Shown here in pieces: positions 47,489 through 56,507 of a stretch of DNA of 64,000 nucleotides. Below the pieces are notes generated by a model. That model did no database searches. It saw only the letters and a program-made list of their open reading frames with translations, and had not been told where the DNA came from. Every line of letters starts with the position of its first letter. Positions within the stretch are counted from its first letter, which is position 1. Origin of the DNA: a virus (lineage: Duplodnaviria > Caudoviricetes); IMG/VR virus record IMGVR_UViG_2918987250_000001, positions 32,001 through 96,000 of that record; one strand, 5' to 3'. The position numbers and the translations under genes are program-made.

Positions 47489-48391
47489 TTAGACGTTCGT
47501 GATGCCCTTCAGGCGAGCCACGGAGTGAGTGGCCTTGAGGGCGGTGCCGCAATACCACTTCAGACGCCAGCGCTGGGCGTCCTTGCCCTGGAGCTTGCCG
47601 ATCTCCTCGACCCGCAGGCCGGCCGACGCGCCGCCGTAGAGACCGTGGATGCCGTCCACCTCGTTCAGACGCAGAGCGTAGATCGAGCAGGTCGTCTCGT
47701 TGGTGCCCTGGACCTCGTCGGCGGTCATGAAGTCGTTGATGATGATCGGCGTGCCATCGAACGCCGGCAGGGCCTTGCCGAAGTCCTTGACGATGATGGT
47801 GCCGGCGTCGTTGCCGCCCATGGCGCGCAGGAGCGCCTTGATCGAACGCCAGGTGCCACGACGCATCATGAGCACGTCACAGCCGTTCTTGACCACGTCA
47901 CGCAGCTCGTCGAGCATGGTGAAGGAGACCGCGGCGCCGTCCTTGCCGGCGATGAGGGTCTGCTTGGCCGGGACCAGCTTCTTGACGCCGTCGAACTCCT
48001 TGCGGTTCACGCTGGAGTCGCCGTTGACCAGGGTGCGGCGGAACTGGCGACCGATACCCTTCGCCTTGGCGGCGAGCTGGATCGCGAGCTGGTCGTGGGT
48101 GTCGGACTGGGTCTCGACGAGGAAGTTGTCCAGATCGACGTGGCCCGCGAGAATGCGCAGCTTGGCCTGCACTTCCTCGAACGTGGCCGCGCCTTCCTTG
48201 ATGTCCTCGTAGGGATCCAGGAAGTCGCCTTCGGAGAGCGTGCTCTCGCGAATGTAGTCGTAGGCCTTACCGTTGACCTGCATGAACGGGAACAGAGCAA
48301 AAAGCTCGTCCACGTCGATGATCTCTTCGATGACGCCGCGCTCGAGCTGATTGACGCTCAGCTTCGCGGCCTCTTCCACAAGCAGGGGCAT
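47489..48391 (-). CDS. major capsid protein
   Basis: 300 aa; MPLL..EAAKLS...LERGVIEE, EFDG, R.KWYCG.AL; follows the scaffold gene. Confidence 0.88.
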   Translation of the reverse strand: MPLLVEEAAKLSVNQLERGVIEEIIDVDELFALFPFMQVNGKAYDYIRESTLSEGDFLDPYEDIKEGAATFEEVQAKLRILAGHVDLDNFLVETQSDTHDQLAIQLAAKAKGIGRQFRRTLVNGDSSVNRKEFDGVKKLVPAKQTLIAGKDGAAVSFTMLDELRDVVKNGCDVLMMRRGTWRSIKALLRAMGGNDAGTIIVKDFGKALPAFDGTPIIINDFMTADEVQGTNETTCSIYALRLNEVDGIHGLYGGASAGLRVEEIGKLQGKDAQRWRLKWYCGTALKATHSVARLKGITNV

Positions 48392-48522
48392 TTCTTTTCT
48401 CCTGAAGACTGCCCGTGCCGGGCCAAGTCAGTGGTGACTGACAATAGTATGACCCGGCACGGGCGGTGCTGCCAAGAGAAAACAGTCAGCACTGACTTAC
48501 TTTTTTGCCCCTGACAAGGGCG

Positions 48523-49500
48523 TTACGCGCGAGCGGCGTCCTTCGCGGCCTGGAGCGCGGCGCGAATACGGGCCGTTCCCTTCAGCTCGGACGGGTCGTT
48601 GCCGTTGGTCTTGCCGGCCTTGGTGTCGTCGGTGGTGTTCGACTTCACGCCCGGTGCCATCTTCGAGCGCAGGACGTGATCCTTCTCGGGATCGGCCTGC
48701 ACCAGCTTCTCGACAGCCGCGTCGAAGCCCAGATGGTTGCCGGCGGCGTCCACCAGCGGCGTGCGGTTCTCGGCGCCGCGCGGCTTGTCGTAGGCGACGA
48801 CCTTGGTGCCGACGGTGTCGAAGTGCGCGCCGTAGATGGTGCGGGCCTTGGACGGCGTGAGCACGGTGCTCTCGCGGATGAAGTTCGAGCCCGAGAACGC
48901 GGCGCCGACGGTCAGCTCCGAGATCGTGGACTGGGCGGCCGAGAGCTCGGTGTCCTTGGCGGCGATCAGCTCGTCCTTGGCGGTGAGCGCCTGGGTGTGC
49001 TGCTCGGTCATGGACGCCTTCACCCGGTCGAACTCACCGCGGGCCTCGGCCTGGCTCAGCTCGTCGGCAGCGCGGGCCTCCTCAGCGGCGCGACGCTCGG
49101 CCAGCATCTCCTGCACCTGCTCGGGCGTCACCTGGCCGAAGAGGTTCAGACGCTCCTGCGCGGTGCGCGCGGCCGCCTTGTGCTTCATCGTGTCCTTGAG
49201 CAGGCGCGCCACCTCGTCGGTGATGGGATCGCCGATCTTCGGCTCGCCCGGCGTCGCGTCCGGCTGGGTGTTCGCGGGCGGGTTCGCCGGGTCGGCCGGC
49301 GGATTGGCAGGCGGGTTGGCCGGGGGATCAGCGGGCGGGTTCGCCGGAGCGCCGCCACCACCGCCCTCGCCCGGCGCGTCGAACACGGGACGCGGGCCGA
49401 AGGGCACGGAGAAGATGGAGTGCAGCGGGAAGCTGCGGGCCGGGGCTTCGTAGACGACGCCTTCGATGCCGGCGCGGGTGTTGGTCTTGGTCACTGTCAT
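48523..49500 (-). CDS. capsid scaffolding protein
   Basis: Pro-rich N-terminus, coiled coil, YDKPRGA..RTPLVD; between portal and capsid genes. Confidence 0.75.
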   Translation of the reverse strand: MTVTKTNTRAGIEGVVYEAPARSFPLHSIFSVPFGPRPVFDAPGEGGGGGAPANPPADPPANPPANPPADPANPPANTQPDATPGEPKIGDPITDEVARLLKDTMKHKAAARTAQERLNLFGQVTPEQVQEMLAERRAAEEARAADELSQAEARGEFDRVKASMTEQHTQALTAKDELIAAKDTELSAAQSTISELTVGAAFSGSNFIRESTVLTPSKARTIYGAHFDTVGTKVVAYDKPRGAENRTPLVDAAGNHLGFDAAVEKLVQADPEKDHVLRSKMAPGVKSNTTDDTKAGKTNGNDPSELKGTARIRAALQAAKDAARA

Positions 49501-49553
49501 GCTCCTTGCGCCACAGTCTCTCGGGCGCGCGGGGTGGGTGCCGGGCCTGGGGA

Positions 49554-51161
49554 TCAGGCCGCGGTCTTCTTCTGGGTCTTGTCCGTCACCTGCCCCTGGC
49601 GCTTTTCCTTGGGCGCCTTGGTCTTCTCGGTGGACTTGGACTTCGAACCCGAAGCGGGGAAATTCGTGGGCGGCCCGGCGTCGGGAGGCGAGGTCGCCTC
49701 CATCATCTTCCGGGCCTGCTCGATCGGATCGGCCGGCCAGTCCTCGAGCTCCTTCTCGAGCTTCTCGCGGACCGCGGCCTTGATGCCGGGGAACAGCTTG
49801 TCCATGACCTGACGCATCTGCTCGGAGCGGATGCCGCGCGGGGCGTCGATCAGGGCGAGACGCTCGGCGACGGTGAACTCGTCGAAGAGGGAGCGCACGT
49901 CGAAGGTCTCGGGGTAGGCGACCAGGTCCTCCTTGGGCGCCTCGGCGCCGTTCCAGAGGGCGACGAGCTCGGCGATCTTGTTCTCGGTCTGCTGGAGCGA
50001 CTGGGCCTTCGAGGTGAGCAGGCTGTTGAGCTTGTCGAAGTCGTAGGCCTTGGCGACGCCCGACGAGTTGTCGATGCCGACCGAGTTGTCCTGCTTGGTG
50101 CGCTCACCGGCGGCGCCGGCCGTGTGGTAGATCTCGGCGATCACCTTGTTGATGACCTCCATGATGAGCTGCGCCTGCTTGGGATCGGGCGACAGGTATT
50201 CCGGCGCGCCACCCTCGCTGTCGTAGAGGAAGGTGCGCTTGGTGCCGGCCTCGATCAGGGCGTCGTAGTCCTTCTCGCCCGGCAGCACGGACTGGGCCGG
50301 CATCGCGAGCTGGGAGAAGGTCTGATCCTGGATGATGGCGTCGAGGTTCGAGAGGTAGTTGGCCGTGGCCCGGTCCAGGTAGGCGATCTCGTCGATCAGG
50401 CCGGCGGCCGTGTAGAGGTTCTCGCCGAGCAGGTGGTCCGAGAAGAAGCACGGGACGCGGCCGATCGCGACCGGGCCGGTGCCCGTGATCTCGACACGCG
50501 CGGTCCCGCGCCGGTCCTCGCGCACCTCGAAGAGCATCCACTCCTCGCGCGTCCAGAGCCGGTAGCGCACCTTCACCTTGCCGGTGGCCGTGATCGGGTT
50601 CTTGTCGTCGCGGTAGGTCTCGGCGACGAGGATCCAGAGGAGCTCGCCGTCGTCGTCGTGGAAGCCCATGTCCAGGATGTTCTGGGGCTTGACGATGTAG
50701 GCGTAGACGCGCGCGCCCTGGGCCTTCTCGTCAGCGAGCGAGACGGCGGCGTCGGTCTTCGTGGAGTCCACGAACACGGCAACGCGCCCGAGCTGCGACG
50801 TGGCGCCGGAGACGAGGCGGACGAACTGGTCGATGTTGAGGTTGGAGCGCGTGCAGCGCTTCCAGAAATCCTTGAGGAACTCGGGCGCATCCTCGGAGCG
50901 GATGATCTTGCCCTTGAACAGATACTTCTGGACGAGCTCGACGATCTCGCGGGTGTGGTTGAAGCGGTAGGCCCGCGCCACGCGATCGTTGAACTCCTTC
51001 CGCCCCTCCTTGAGATACTTGAAGATGTTCGCCTTGAACCACGCGCGCGAGCCTTCATAGGTCGCTTCGAGGAAGTTCCAGTGCTTGATCTTCTCGTCGT
51101 ATTCAGGGTGGCGGCGCTTCAGGAACTCCTGGAGCACCTTCTGACTGGCTCCAGAGAGCAT
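49554..51161 (-). CDS. portal protein
   Basis: RHPEY..W..L..TYEG; R..RAY.FN; after terL. Confidence 0.88.
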   Translation of the reverse strand: MLSGASQKVLQEFLKRRHPEYDEKIKHWNFLEATYEGSRAWFKANIFKYLKEGRKEFNDRVARAYRFNHTREIVELVQKYLFKGKIIRSEDAPEFLKDFWKRCTRSNLNIDQFVRLVSGATSQLGRVAVFVDSTKTDAAVSLADEKAQGARVYAYIVKPQNILDMGFHDDDGELLWILVAETYRDDKNPITATGKVKVRYRLWTREEWMLFEVREDRRGTARVEITGTGPVAIGRVPCFFSDHLLGENLYTAAGLIDEIAYLDRATANYLSNLDAIIQDQTFSQLAMPAQSVLPGEKDYDALIEAGTKRTFLYDSEGGAPEYLSPDPKQAQLIMEVINKVIAEIYHTAGAAGERTKQDNSVGIDNSSGVAKAYDFDKLNSLLTSKAQSLQQTENKIAELVALWNGAEAPKEDLVAYPETFDVRSLFDEFTVAERLALIDAPRGIRSEQMRQVMDKLFPGIKAAVREKLEKELEDWPADPIEQARKMMEATSPPDAGPPTNFPASGSKSKSTEKTKAPKEKRQGQVTDKTQKKTAA

Positions 51162-51196
51162 CCTCGCGCCTCGTCCAAGTGTGGCTGTCTGGCTCC

Positions 51197-51225
51197 ATGA
51201 TAAGTCAGTGGTGACTTACCTTCAA
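51197..51225 (-). promoter_or_regulatory. sigma70-type promoter with palindromic operator as spacer (upstream of portal)
   Basis: TTGAAG-GTAAGTCACCACTGACT(17)-TATCAT. Confidence 0.65.
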
Positions 51226-51226
51226 G

Positions 51227-52510
51227 CTAGACAGAAACACCCAGCACCTTGATCTTGCGGACGGGGAACTTGAAGTCGATGCAGTAGCCCAGCGCGTCGG
51301 CCGGGTGCTCGACGCCGGCAGACTTGTCCACCTCGCGCGAGCCCGGCTTGTAGATCGTCTGCTCGAAGGCCGAGATCGTGTGCTTGCAGCCCCGGTCCAC
51401 CCGCAGCTTGATCGTGCCGTCGGCCGCCTTGAGCATCCGGTTCACCGCGTTGACGCGATCCGACACGGGCGGGTGCTTGCGCTTATACTGGAGCTTGCGG
51501 AAGCCGCCCTGGCGCAGGATGTCGAGGTCGCTCTCGCCGCGGCCGTGCCCGCGCTGCGCGCCGGCCGGGTCGGGGAAGATGATGACCTGCTTCTGCTGCT
51601 TGAAGAAGCGCCGATCGAGCTCCGTGCAGACCTCGGCCGTCGAGGAGCCGAACAGGATCGCCTCGCCGACGATCCAGACCTCGCCGTTGTCCTGCGGCTG
51701 CATGATGACCGAGGACATCGGGTCGATGTTGAAGTCCTGGCCCACCCAGATCGGCAGGTGCGGGTTGAAGGCGTAGTCGCCGACATGCTGGTTGCGGTCG
51801 AAGGCGTAGTAGACCCGGCCCGACATCGTCTCGAAGGACGCCTCGAACTCCTGACGGAAGCTCTTCTCGTCGAGGTTCTGGCGCGCGGCCGCGATCTCCT
51901 CGACCGGGATGAACGGCGAGGTGATGGTCGGGAACTGCCAGCTCTTGTGGTCGTTGCGGCGCAGCCGGCCCTTGCTGTCGCGGTAGGTCTCCCCGCGCTG
52001 GCCCTTCATGTAGACATCGTAGAGCCAGTTGTAGGCCTTCGGCGTCCCGATGATGATGGCCTTGCCGCGCGTCGAGGTGAGCGTCGGGTAGAGGACCTTG
52101 AACCAGGTGTCCGGCTCGATGTCCTGGGCCTCGTCGATGATGACCAGGTTGAGCGCGACGCCGCGCAGCGAGTCCGGCTTGTCCGCGCCCTTGAGCACGA
52201 TGCGTGAGCCGTTCACGAGCCGGATGGTGAGCCGGGTCTCGTTGACCGAGCGGATCCACTTGGCCGGGATCGAGTCCTTGATCTCGTCCCACATGATGCC
52301 GCGGGCCATCCCGTAGGTCGGCGCCACATACCAGATGAGCTGCTTGGGCTTGGCGGCAGCGGCCTGGACCGCGAGGATGCGCGCGAGCTGCGTCTTGCCC
52401 CAACGACGGCCGGCAACGACCACACGCACGCGGCGCGGGTCGTTGAAGACCTTCGACTGCCCCTTGTGGAGCGTGAACGTGTTGGGCGCGACGGTGAGCA
52501 GGCTACTCAT
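51227..52510 (-). CDS. terL: terminase large subunit
   Basis: AGRRWGKT, LRG, IIDEA, GTPK, FRQEFEASF, GQDFN, HPADALGY. Confidence 0.95.
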   Translation of the reverse strand: MSSLLTVAPNTFTLHKGQSKVFNDPRRVRVVVAGRRWGKTQLARILAVQAAAAKPKQLIWYVAPTYGMARGIMWDEIKDSIPAKWIRSVNETRLTIRLVNGSRIVLKGADKPDSLRGVALNLVIIDEAQDIEPDTWFKVLYPTLTSTRGKAIIIGTPKAYNWLYDVYMKGQRGETYRDSKGRLRRNDHKSWQFPTITSPFIPVEEIAAARQNLDEKSFRQEFEASFETMSGRVYYAFDRNQHVGDYAFNPHLPIWVGQDFNIDPMSSVIMQPQDNGEVWIVGEAILFGSSTAEVCTELDRRFFKQQKQVIIFPDPAGAQRGHGRGESDLDILRQGGFRKLQYKRKHPPVSDRVNAVNRMLKAADGTIKLRVDRGCKHTISAFEQTIYKPGSREVDKSAGVEHPADALGYCIDFKFPVRKIKVLGVSV

Positions 52511-53198
52511 CGTCGTCGTCCTCGATCACCGCCTCGTCGTCATCCTCGCCGGCGAGCGCGGCGATGGCCGCGTCGTCGCTCTCGTCGAGGATCTCGGCGT
52601 CGTCCTGCTCCTGGGCGTCGCGGCGCGCCTTGACCTCGGCATCGGTGAGGTCGCGGATCGTGAGGGCCGGCAGCTCCTTGTCATCGACCTCGCCATGCGC
52701 ATCGAGCAGGGTGAAGCGCTCGTCGCGGGCGGCGATGAGGATCTTCATCGTCCGCTCGAGGGTCTTGATGTTCTTCTCCTCGGTGGCGAACGGCCGGTCT
52801 TCCTTCTTGGCGTTGGCGATCAGCGCCATGGCCTGCCGGGCGATGGTCTCGGTCCAGAGCAGGTGCTCGCCCTTGGCCTTGTCGATCTTCTCCTTGCGCT
52901 CGCGCGTGAGCTCCTCGGCCGAGCGCTCGACGGCCTTCTTGGCCGCCTCGGTGGAGGCGGCCTTGACCTCGTGCGCCCGCGAGCCCCGGCGGATGCCGGC
53001 GCGCTTGATGCGCTTCATCAGCGTCTCGGGCTTGATCGAGAACCGGGAGCAGATCTCGGCAGCACTCGCGGTGCCGAGCTCCCAGATGTCCACGATCTGA
53101 GCCCACTCGGCCGGGGTGAGACGACGCGCGGAACCGGCCGCATCCTCGTCACCGAGGGCAGCATCGTCTTCCGGGTCCTTCGTCACCTCAGTCAGCAC
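52503..53198 (-). CDS. terS: terminase small subunit
   Basis: N-terminal HTH, overlaps the terL start, acidic tail. Confidence 0.75.
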   Translation of the reverse strand: MLTEVTKDPEDDAALGDEDAAGSARRLTPAEWAQIVDIWELGTASAAEICSRFSIKPETLMKRIKRAGIRRGSRAHEVKAASTEAAKKAVERSAEELTRERKEKIDKAKGEHLLWTETIARQAMALIANAKKEDRPFATEEKNIKTLERTMKILIAARDERFTLLDAHGEVDDKELPALTIRDLTDAEVKARRDAQEQDDAEILDESDDAAIAALAGEDDDEAVIEDDDDE

Positions 53199-53235
53199 TG
53201 ACTTACTCCTCCGGGCATGGCTCGGGCATCCGGTG

Positions 53236-53309
53236 CCATCGCCCTGTTATATGTATTATATAGATACTACTCTAATAGTAATAGTATCTACAGCGCGATG
53301 GACTTGGAT
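53236..53309. repeat. AT-rich element flanked by CCATCG..CTGT inverted arms (copy 2, inverted relative to copy 1)
   Basis: TACAGCGCGATGGACTTGGAT at 53289-53309; internal TAGATACTA/TAGTATCTA inverted repeat. Confidence 0.85.
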
Positions 53310-53317
53310 CCGGCTCA

Positions 53318-53587
53318 TCACACCGATGATCCGGGGCGGAACTCCCGGTAAGCCTTCAGCGTCGGAGCGATGTAGAGCTTCCGCTTCTCTCCATACTTCC
53401 GGGAGAGGAAGCCGTGCTGCTCCAGATACCGGATGGAGAACTGAAGGGCCTGGGGCGTCACCGCCGGCCCGTAGCTCAGCGACGCCTTGAGGTCGTGAAA
53501 GGCGATGTCGCTGCCGGCGTCGGCCGCGGCGAGCACCAGACCCATGATCTCGTGCTGCTTGTCGGTGCCGGCGAAGGTCTCAGGCAT
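53318..53587 (-). CDS. small winged-helix protein
   Basis: TDKQHEIM...ALQFSIRYLEQHGFLSRK. Confidence 0.65.
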   Translation of the reverse strand: MPETFAGTDKQHEIMGLVLAAADAGSDIAFHDLKASLSYGPAVTPQALQFSIRYLEQHGFLSRKYGEKRKLYIAPTLKAYREFRPGSSV

Positions 53588-54536
53588 CGAACGGCACCTT
53601 CAGCTTCTCGGTCGGCTTCTGCCAGTCGAAGGCGGACAGCGGCAGGCGCTCCGGCATCTCCCGGCCGTGGTCGGGGTTCATCCAGACGCCGTAGAGCGGC
53701 GAGGCGAGCGTCATCTGGGCGATCGACTTCAACACCTCGCGCGGGGTCATGGCAGCGACACGCTCCCGGCCCTTGCCGCGGTTGTTGCCGGTCTTCTCGA
53801 GCGCCGAGTGCCGGTAGTAGAAGGCGCGGGCGTCGGCGACGATCACCTCGGCCTGCTCCGCGGGCAGGCGCGCCAGCTCCTCGACCATCCCCTCGAAGTC
53901 GCCGGGGCTGCTCTCGAAGTGGCTGCGGAAGAACTTGAGCCCCTTGTCGAACCGGTTGGCGTTCATCGGCTTGACGAACCGGAACCCTGCCTTCTGGCCG
54001 AAGTGGTTGAACTTCGACATCGACGACTGGATCTCCATGATCCGGTTGCCCTCGAGGCGCGAGACCAGGTTCATCATCCGGTAGCCGGCGCCGATCCCGC
54101 GGAACATCGTGTCGATCACGAAGCGGGAGATGACGCGGAAGTTCTGGTTGATGAAGAGGTAGCGGTCGGTGTTGGTGATGACCGTGTCGCCACCGCCCGG
54201 CTTGATCTTCGGGAACGCGACGTGGCGCTCCTTCAGCAGGCCCTTCGGGTTGGCCGTGACCAGGACGCCGATCGTCTGGCCGTCGAGCGTGAGCTTCCAG
54301 AAGCGCGGCCCGATGGAGAGGTTCTCGGCCTTGTAGTGCAGGTCGTGCAGGAGGTCCCAGTCGGCCTTGGTGCCCCGCTCCACGAACATCTGGTCGATCA
54401 GCGAAAACCGGGGCGCAGGGCTCTCGATGCGCTCGATCAGCGTCTCTGGTGCTTCGAACGCGCGGACGCGCTCACCGGGCAACGTCGCGAAGCCCAGCGC
54501 ATCTCCGGCGTCGAAGTTGATCGTGTCGAGCGACAT
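53580..54536 (-). CDS. GNAT-superfamily (Mom-like) acetyltransferase, candidate DNA-modifying enzyme
   Basis: LHY near the N-terminus; ISRFVIDTMFRGIGAG acetyl-CoA motif A; M.KFN.F..KAGF. Confidence 0.75.
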   Translation of the reverse strand: MSLDTINFDAGDALGFATLPGERVRAFEAPETLIERIESPAPRFSLIDQMFVERGTKADWDLLHDLHYKAENLSIGPRFWKLTLDGQTIGVLVTANPKGLLKERHVAFPKIKPGGGDTVITNTDRYLFINQNFRVISRFVIDTMFRGIGAGYRMMNLVSRLEGNRIMEIQSSMSKFNHFGQKAGFRFVKPMNANRFDKGLKFFRSHFESSPGDFEGMVEELARLPAEQAEVIVADARAFYYRHSALEKTGNNRGKGRERVAAMTPREVLKSIAQMTLASPLYGVWMNPDHGREMPERLPLSAFDWQKPTEKLKVPFDA

Positions 54537-54622
54537 CAGTGCGTTCCCGACGCTGCAAGGCCGATGGTGATGAGGAGAGCGAGCCCGGCGAGCCAGGCCC
54601 AGTCGAGGGCGCGAAGGTGCAT
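54536..54622 (-). CDS. 28-aa single-TM peptide (not in ORF track)
   Basis: MHLRALDWAWLAGLALLITIGLAASGTH*, TGATG overlaps on both sides. Confidence 0.55.
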   Translation of the reverse strand: MHLRALDWAWLAGLALLITIGLAASGTH

Positions 54623-54987
54623 CAGGCGTTCGGGTCCGGCCGGGTCCAGCGGGTGACGACCGGGCAGGACACGCCCTCGCGGCCGCGCAGCACGTCCCGG
54701 AGCTCCGGCGGCAGGTCATCCGCGCGCAGGTCCTCGAGGATCACCGTGCCGATGAGGAGCCCGCGCAGCATCGCCACCGCCGACGGCTTCATGGCGAGCT
54801 GCTCGAGCGAGGTCTCGACGAAGTGGGTGCCGGGGAGCTGCGCGGAGTAGGCCAGCCCCTTGCGACGCACCACGACCACGGAAACGGGCACCGGCACGGA
54901 GATCTTCTCGACCGGGATGCTGCCGACCGGGATATACGCCGCGGTGACGCTGCCGAAGTTGAGCCCGGAAAGGACGGAGTCGCTCAC
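54622..54987 (-). CDS. hypothetical protein
   Basis: GTGA-coupled start. Confidence 0.55.
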   Translation of the reverse strand: MSDSVLSGLNFGSVTAAYIPVGSIPVEKISVPVPVSVVVVRRKGLAYSAQLPGTHFVETSLEQLAMKPSAVAMLRGLLIGTVILEDLRADDLPPELRDVLRGREGVSCPVVTRWTRPDPNA

Positions 54988-55361
54988 GACACGACCTCCC
55001 AGTCCTGGGCCAGCAGGTCGGACTGCGAGCACAGCCACGGCACCCGGTTCTTGCAGGCCGTGAACATGAAGACGTAGGGCAGGCTCATCTTCGAGTGGGC
55101 GTCCGGCACCTGGAGCTCGAGATACATCCCCTTGCCGTTCCAGCCGGCGCGGGCGACACGCAGGCCGGCCCGGAGCGCGGCGACAGCCTGCCCGATGTTG
55201 AGCGCGCCGTTCTTCTCGACCGCGGCGTCCTCGAAGGAGACCTTCGTCACCTTGCGCACGAGCCCGAGCTCCTCGACGGGCGGCCGAGCGTTGCGCGGGG
55301 CGAACGTGATGCTGCCGATCGTCAGATCGCCGCCGGCCTTGACCTTCATGTCCACGTTCAT
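54984..55361 (-). CDS. DUF2829 / Tad2-like anti-Thoeris sponge protein
   Basis: IGQAVAAL.AG.RVARAGWNGKGMYL...PY......VPW..SQSDLLAQDW. Confidence 0.8.
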   Translation of the reverse strand: MNVDMKVKAGGDLTIGSITFAPRNARPPVEELGLVRKVTKVSFEDAAVEKNGALNIGQAVAALRAGLRVARAGWNGKGMYLELQVPDAHSKMSLPYVFMFTACKNRVPWLCSQSDLLAQDWEVVS

Positions 55362-56014
55362 GCTGCTGCCTTCTCGACTTCGACGCGCTCGCGGAAGCGC
55401 TTGGTGAGGGTGAGGGAGGGACCGAGCTCTTCCTTGAGGTCGGTGTGGGTGGTCGCGACCATCAGGGTCTTGCCGGAGCGGCGCGCGATCTTCTGGACGT
55501 TGGAGGCGACGACCTTCGCGGTGACGCGGTCGAGGACGGCGCCGAACTCGTCGGCAATCCAGACATCGGCGCCGGATTCCAGCACCTTCGCGAGCTTGAG
55601 GCGGTAGCGCTGGCCGTCGGAGAGCTCGGACGGCTTGCGGATGTAGATCCAGGCGTCGGAGATGCCGGCGAGCGCGAGGAGGTAGGTCGCCTCCTGGGTG
55701 TTCTTGCCGACCTGCTCGATCACCGGGCGCTCGTCGAGGCTGACGCCGTCGATGTCGGCGACGACCTTGCCCTCGGCGCGCATCATCGCCGTGAGCTCAC
55801 GCAGCAGCAGCGACTTGCCCGAGCCCGACTGGCCCTGGATGTAGACGACATCGCCGGCCCGGATCTCGACCTGGAGCCCGTCGTAGATGACGAACTCCTT
55901 GTCGGAGAGGCCCAGGCCGAAGCTCTCGGCGATCTCGAGCACGCGCGGGGTGCGCTCCACCGACGAGGTGAAGCTCTTGGAGATCGTGTAGGTGTTCTGG
56001 GTGATGATGGTCAT
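55358..56014 (-). CDS. soluble ABC-family ATPase
   Basis: GQSGSGKS, LSDGQRYR, IADEF, VATTH; no permease partner nearby. Confidence 0.88.
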   Translation of the reverse strand: MTIITQNTYTISKSFTSSVERTPRVLEIAESFGLGLSDKEFVIYDGLQVEIRAGDVVYIQGQSGSGKSLLLRELTAMMRAEGKVVADIDGVSLDERPVIEQVGKNTQEATYLLALAGISDAWIYIRKPSELSDGQRYRLKLAKVLESGADVWIADEFGAVLDRVTAKVVASNVQKIARRSGKTLMVATTHTDLKEELGPSLTLTKRFRERVEVEKAAA

Positions 56015-56484
56015 TCGTCGTCCGGCTGCTCGGCGTCGAGGTCGATGAAGACCGGCTGGTCAGACGCCTCGAAGGCGGCCGCGGTCGGGCTGTCGATGCG
56101 CGAGAGCACCTCGACCTTGCCCTCGCAGAGGTCGGTGAGGCTCCGCTCCAGCACCTTCAGGGAGCCGAGCATCCGGGCGGCGCCGTCGGCGACCGAGAGC
56201 CCGATGGGGAGCGAGACGTGCGCCTCGAACACCTTGTCGGCCTCGTTCCAGACGATCGCCGCGATGCCGCGGCAGAGACCCTGCTCGAAATCCTCGGCCA
56301 GGCCGGTGGCGACCTTCAGCGCCTCCTCGTCCACGGCGTCGGGCGCGACCTCTTCGATCTCGTCCTCGGCCGGCGGCGGCTCGTAGGGCGCGCGCGTGAA
56401 GATGTGGAACACCTTCGGGGCGTCCGGGTCGGCCGGCACCTCGGTGAAATACTTCTTGCGGATCTCGTCCAGGGCGTCGCTCAT
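56011..56484 (-). CDS. hypothetical acidic protein
   Basis: Coupled to the ABC ATPase gene. Confidence 0.6.
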   Translation of the reverse strand: MSDALDEIRKKYFTEVPADPDAPKVFHIFTRAPYEPPPAEDEIEEVAPDAVDEEALKVATGLAEDFEQGLCRGIAAIVWNEADKVFEAHVSLPIGLSVADGAARMLGSLKVLERSLTDLCEGKVEVLSRIDSPTAAAFEASDQPVFIDLDAEQPDDE

Positions 56485-56507
56485 GGGCGTGTCAGTCCTG
56501 ACTTACC

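Noticed and set aside
55358-56014. ABC transporter
   Set aside because: No permease or substrate-binding protein nearby; the context is ParB/GNAT/terminase.
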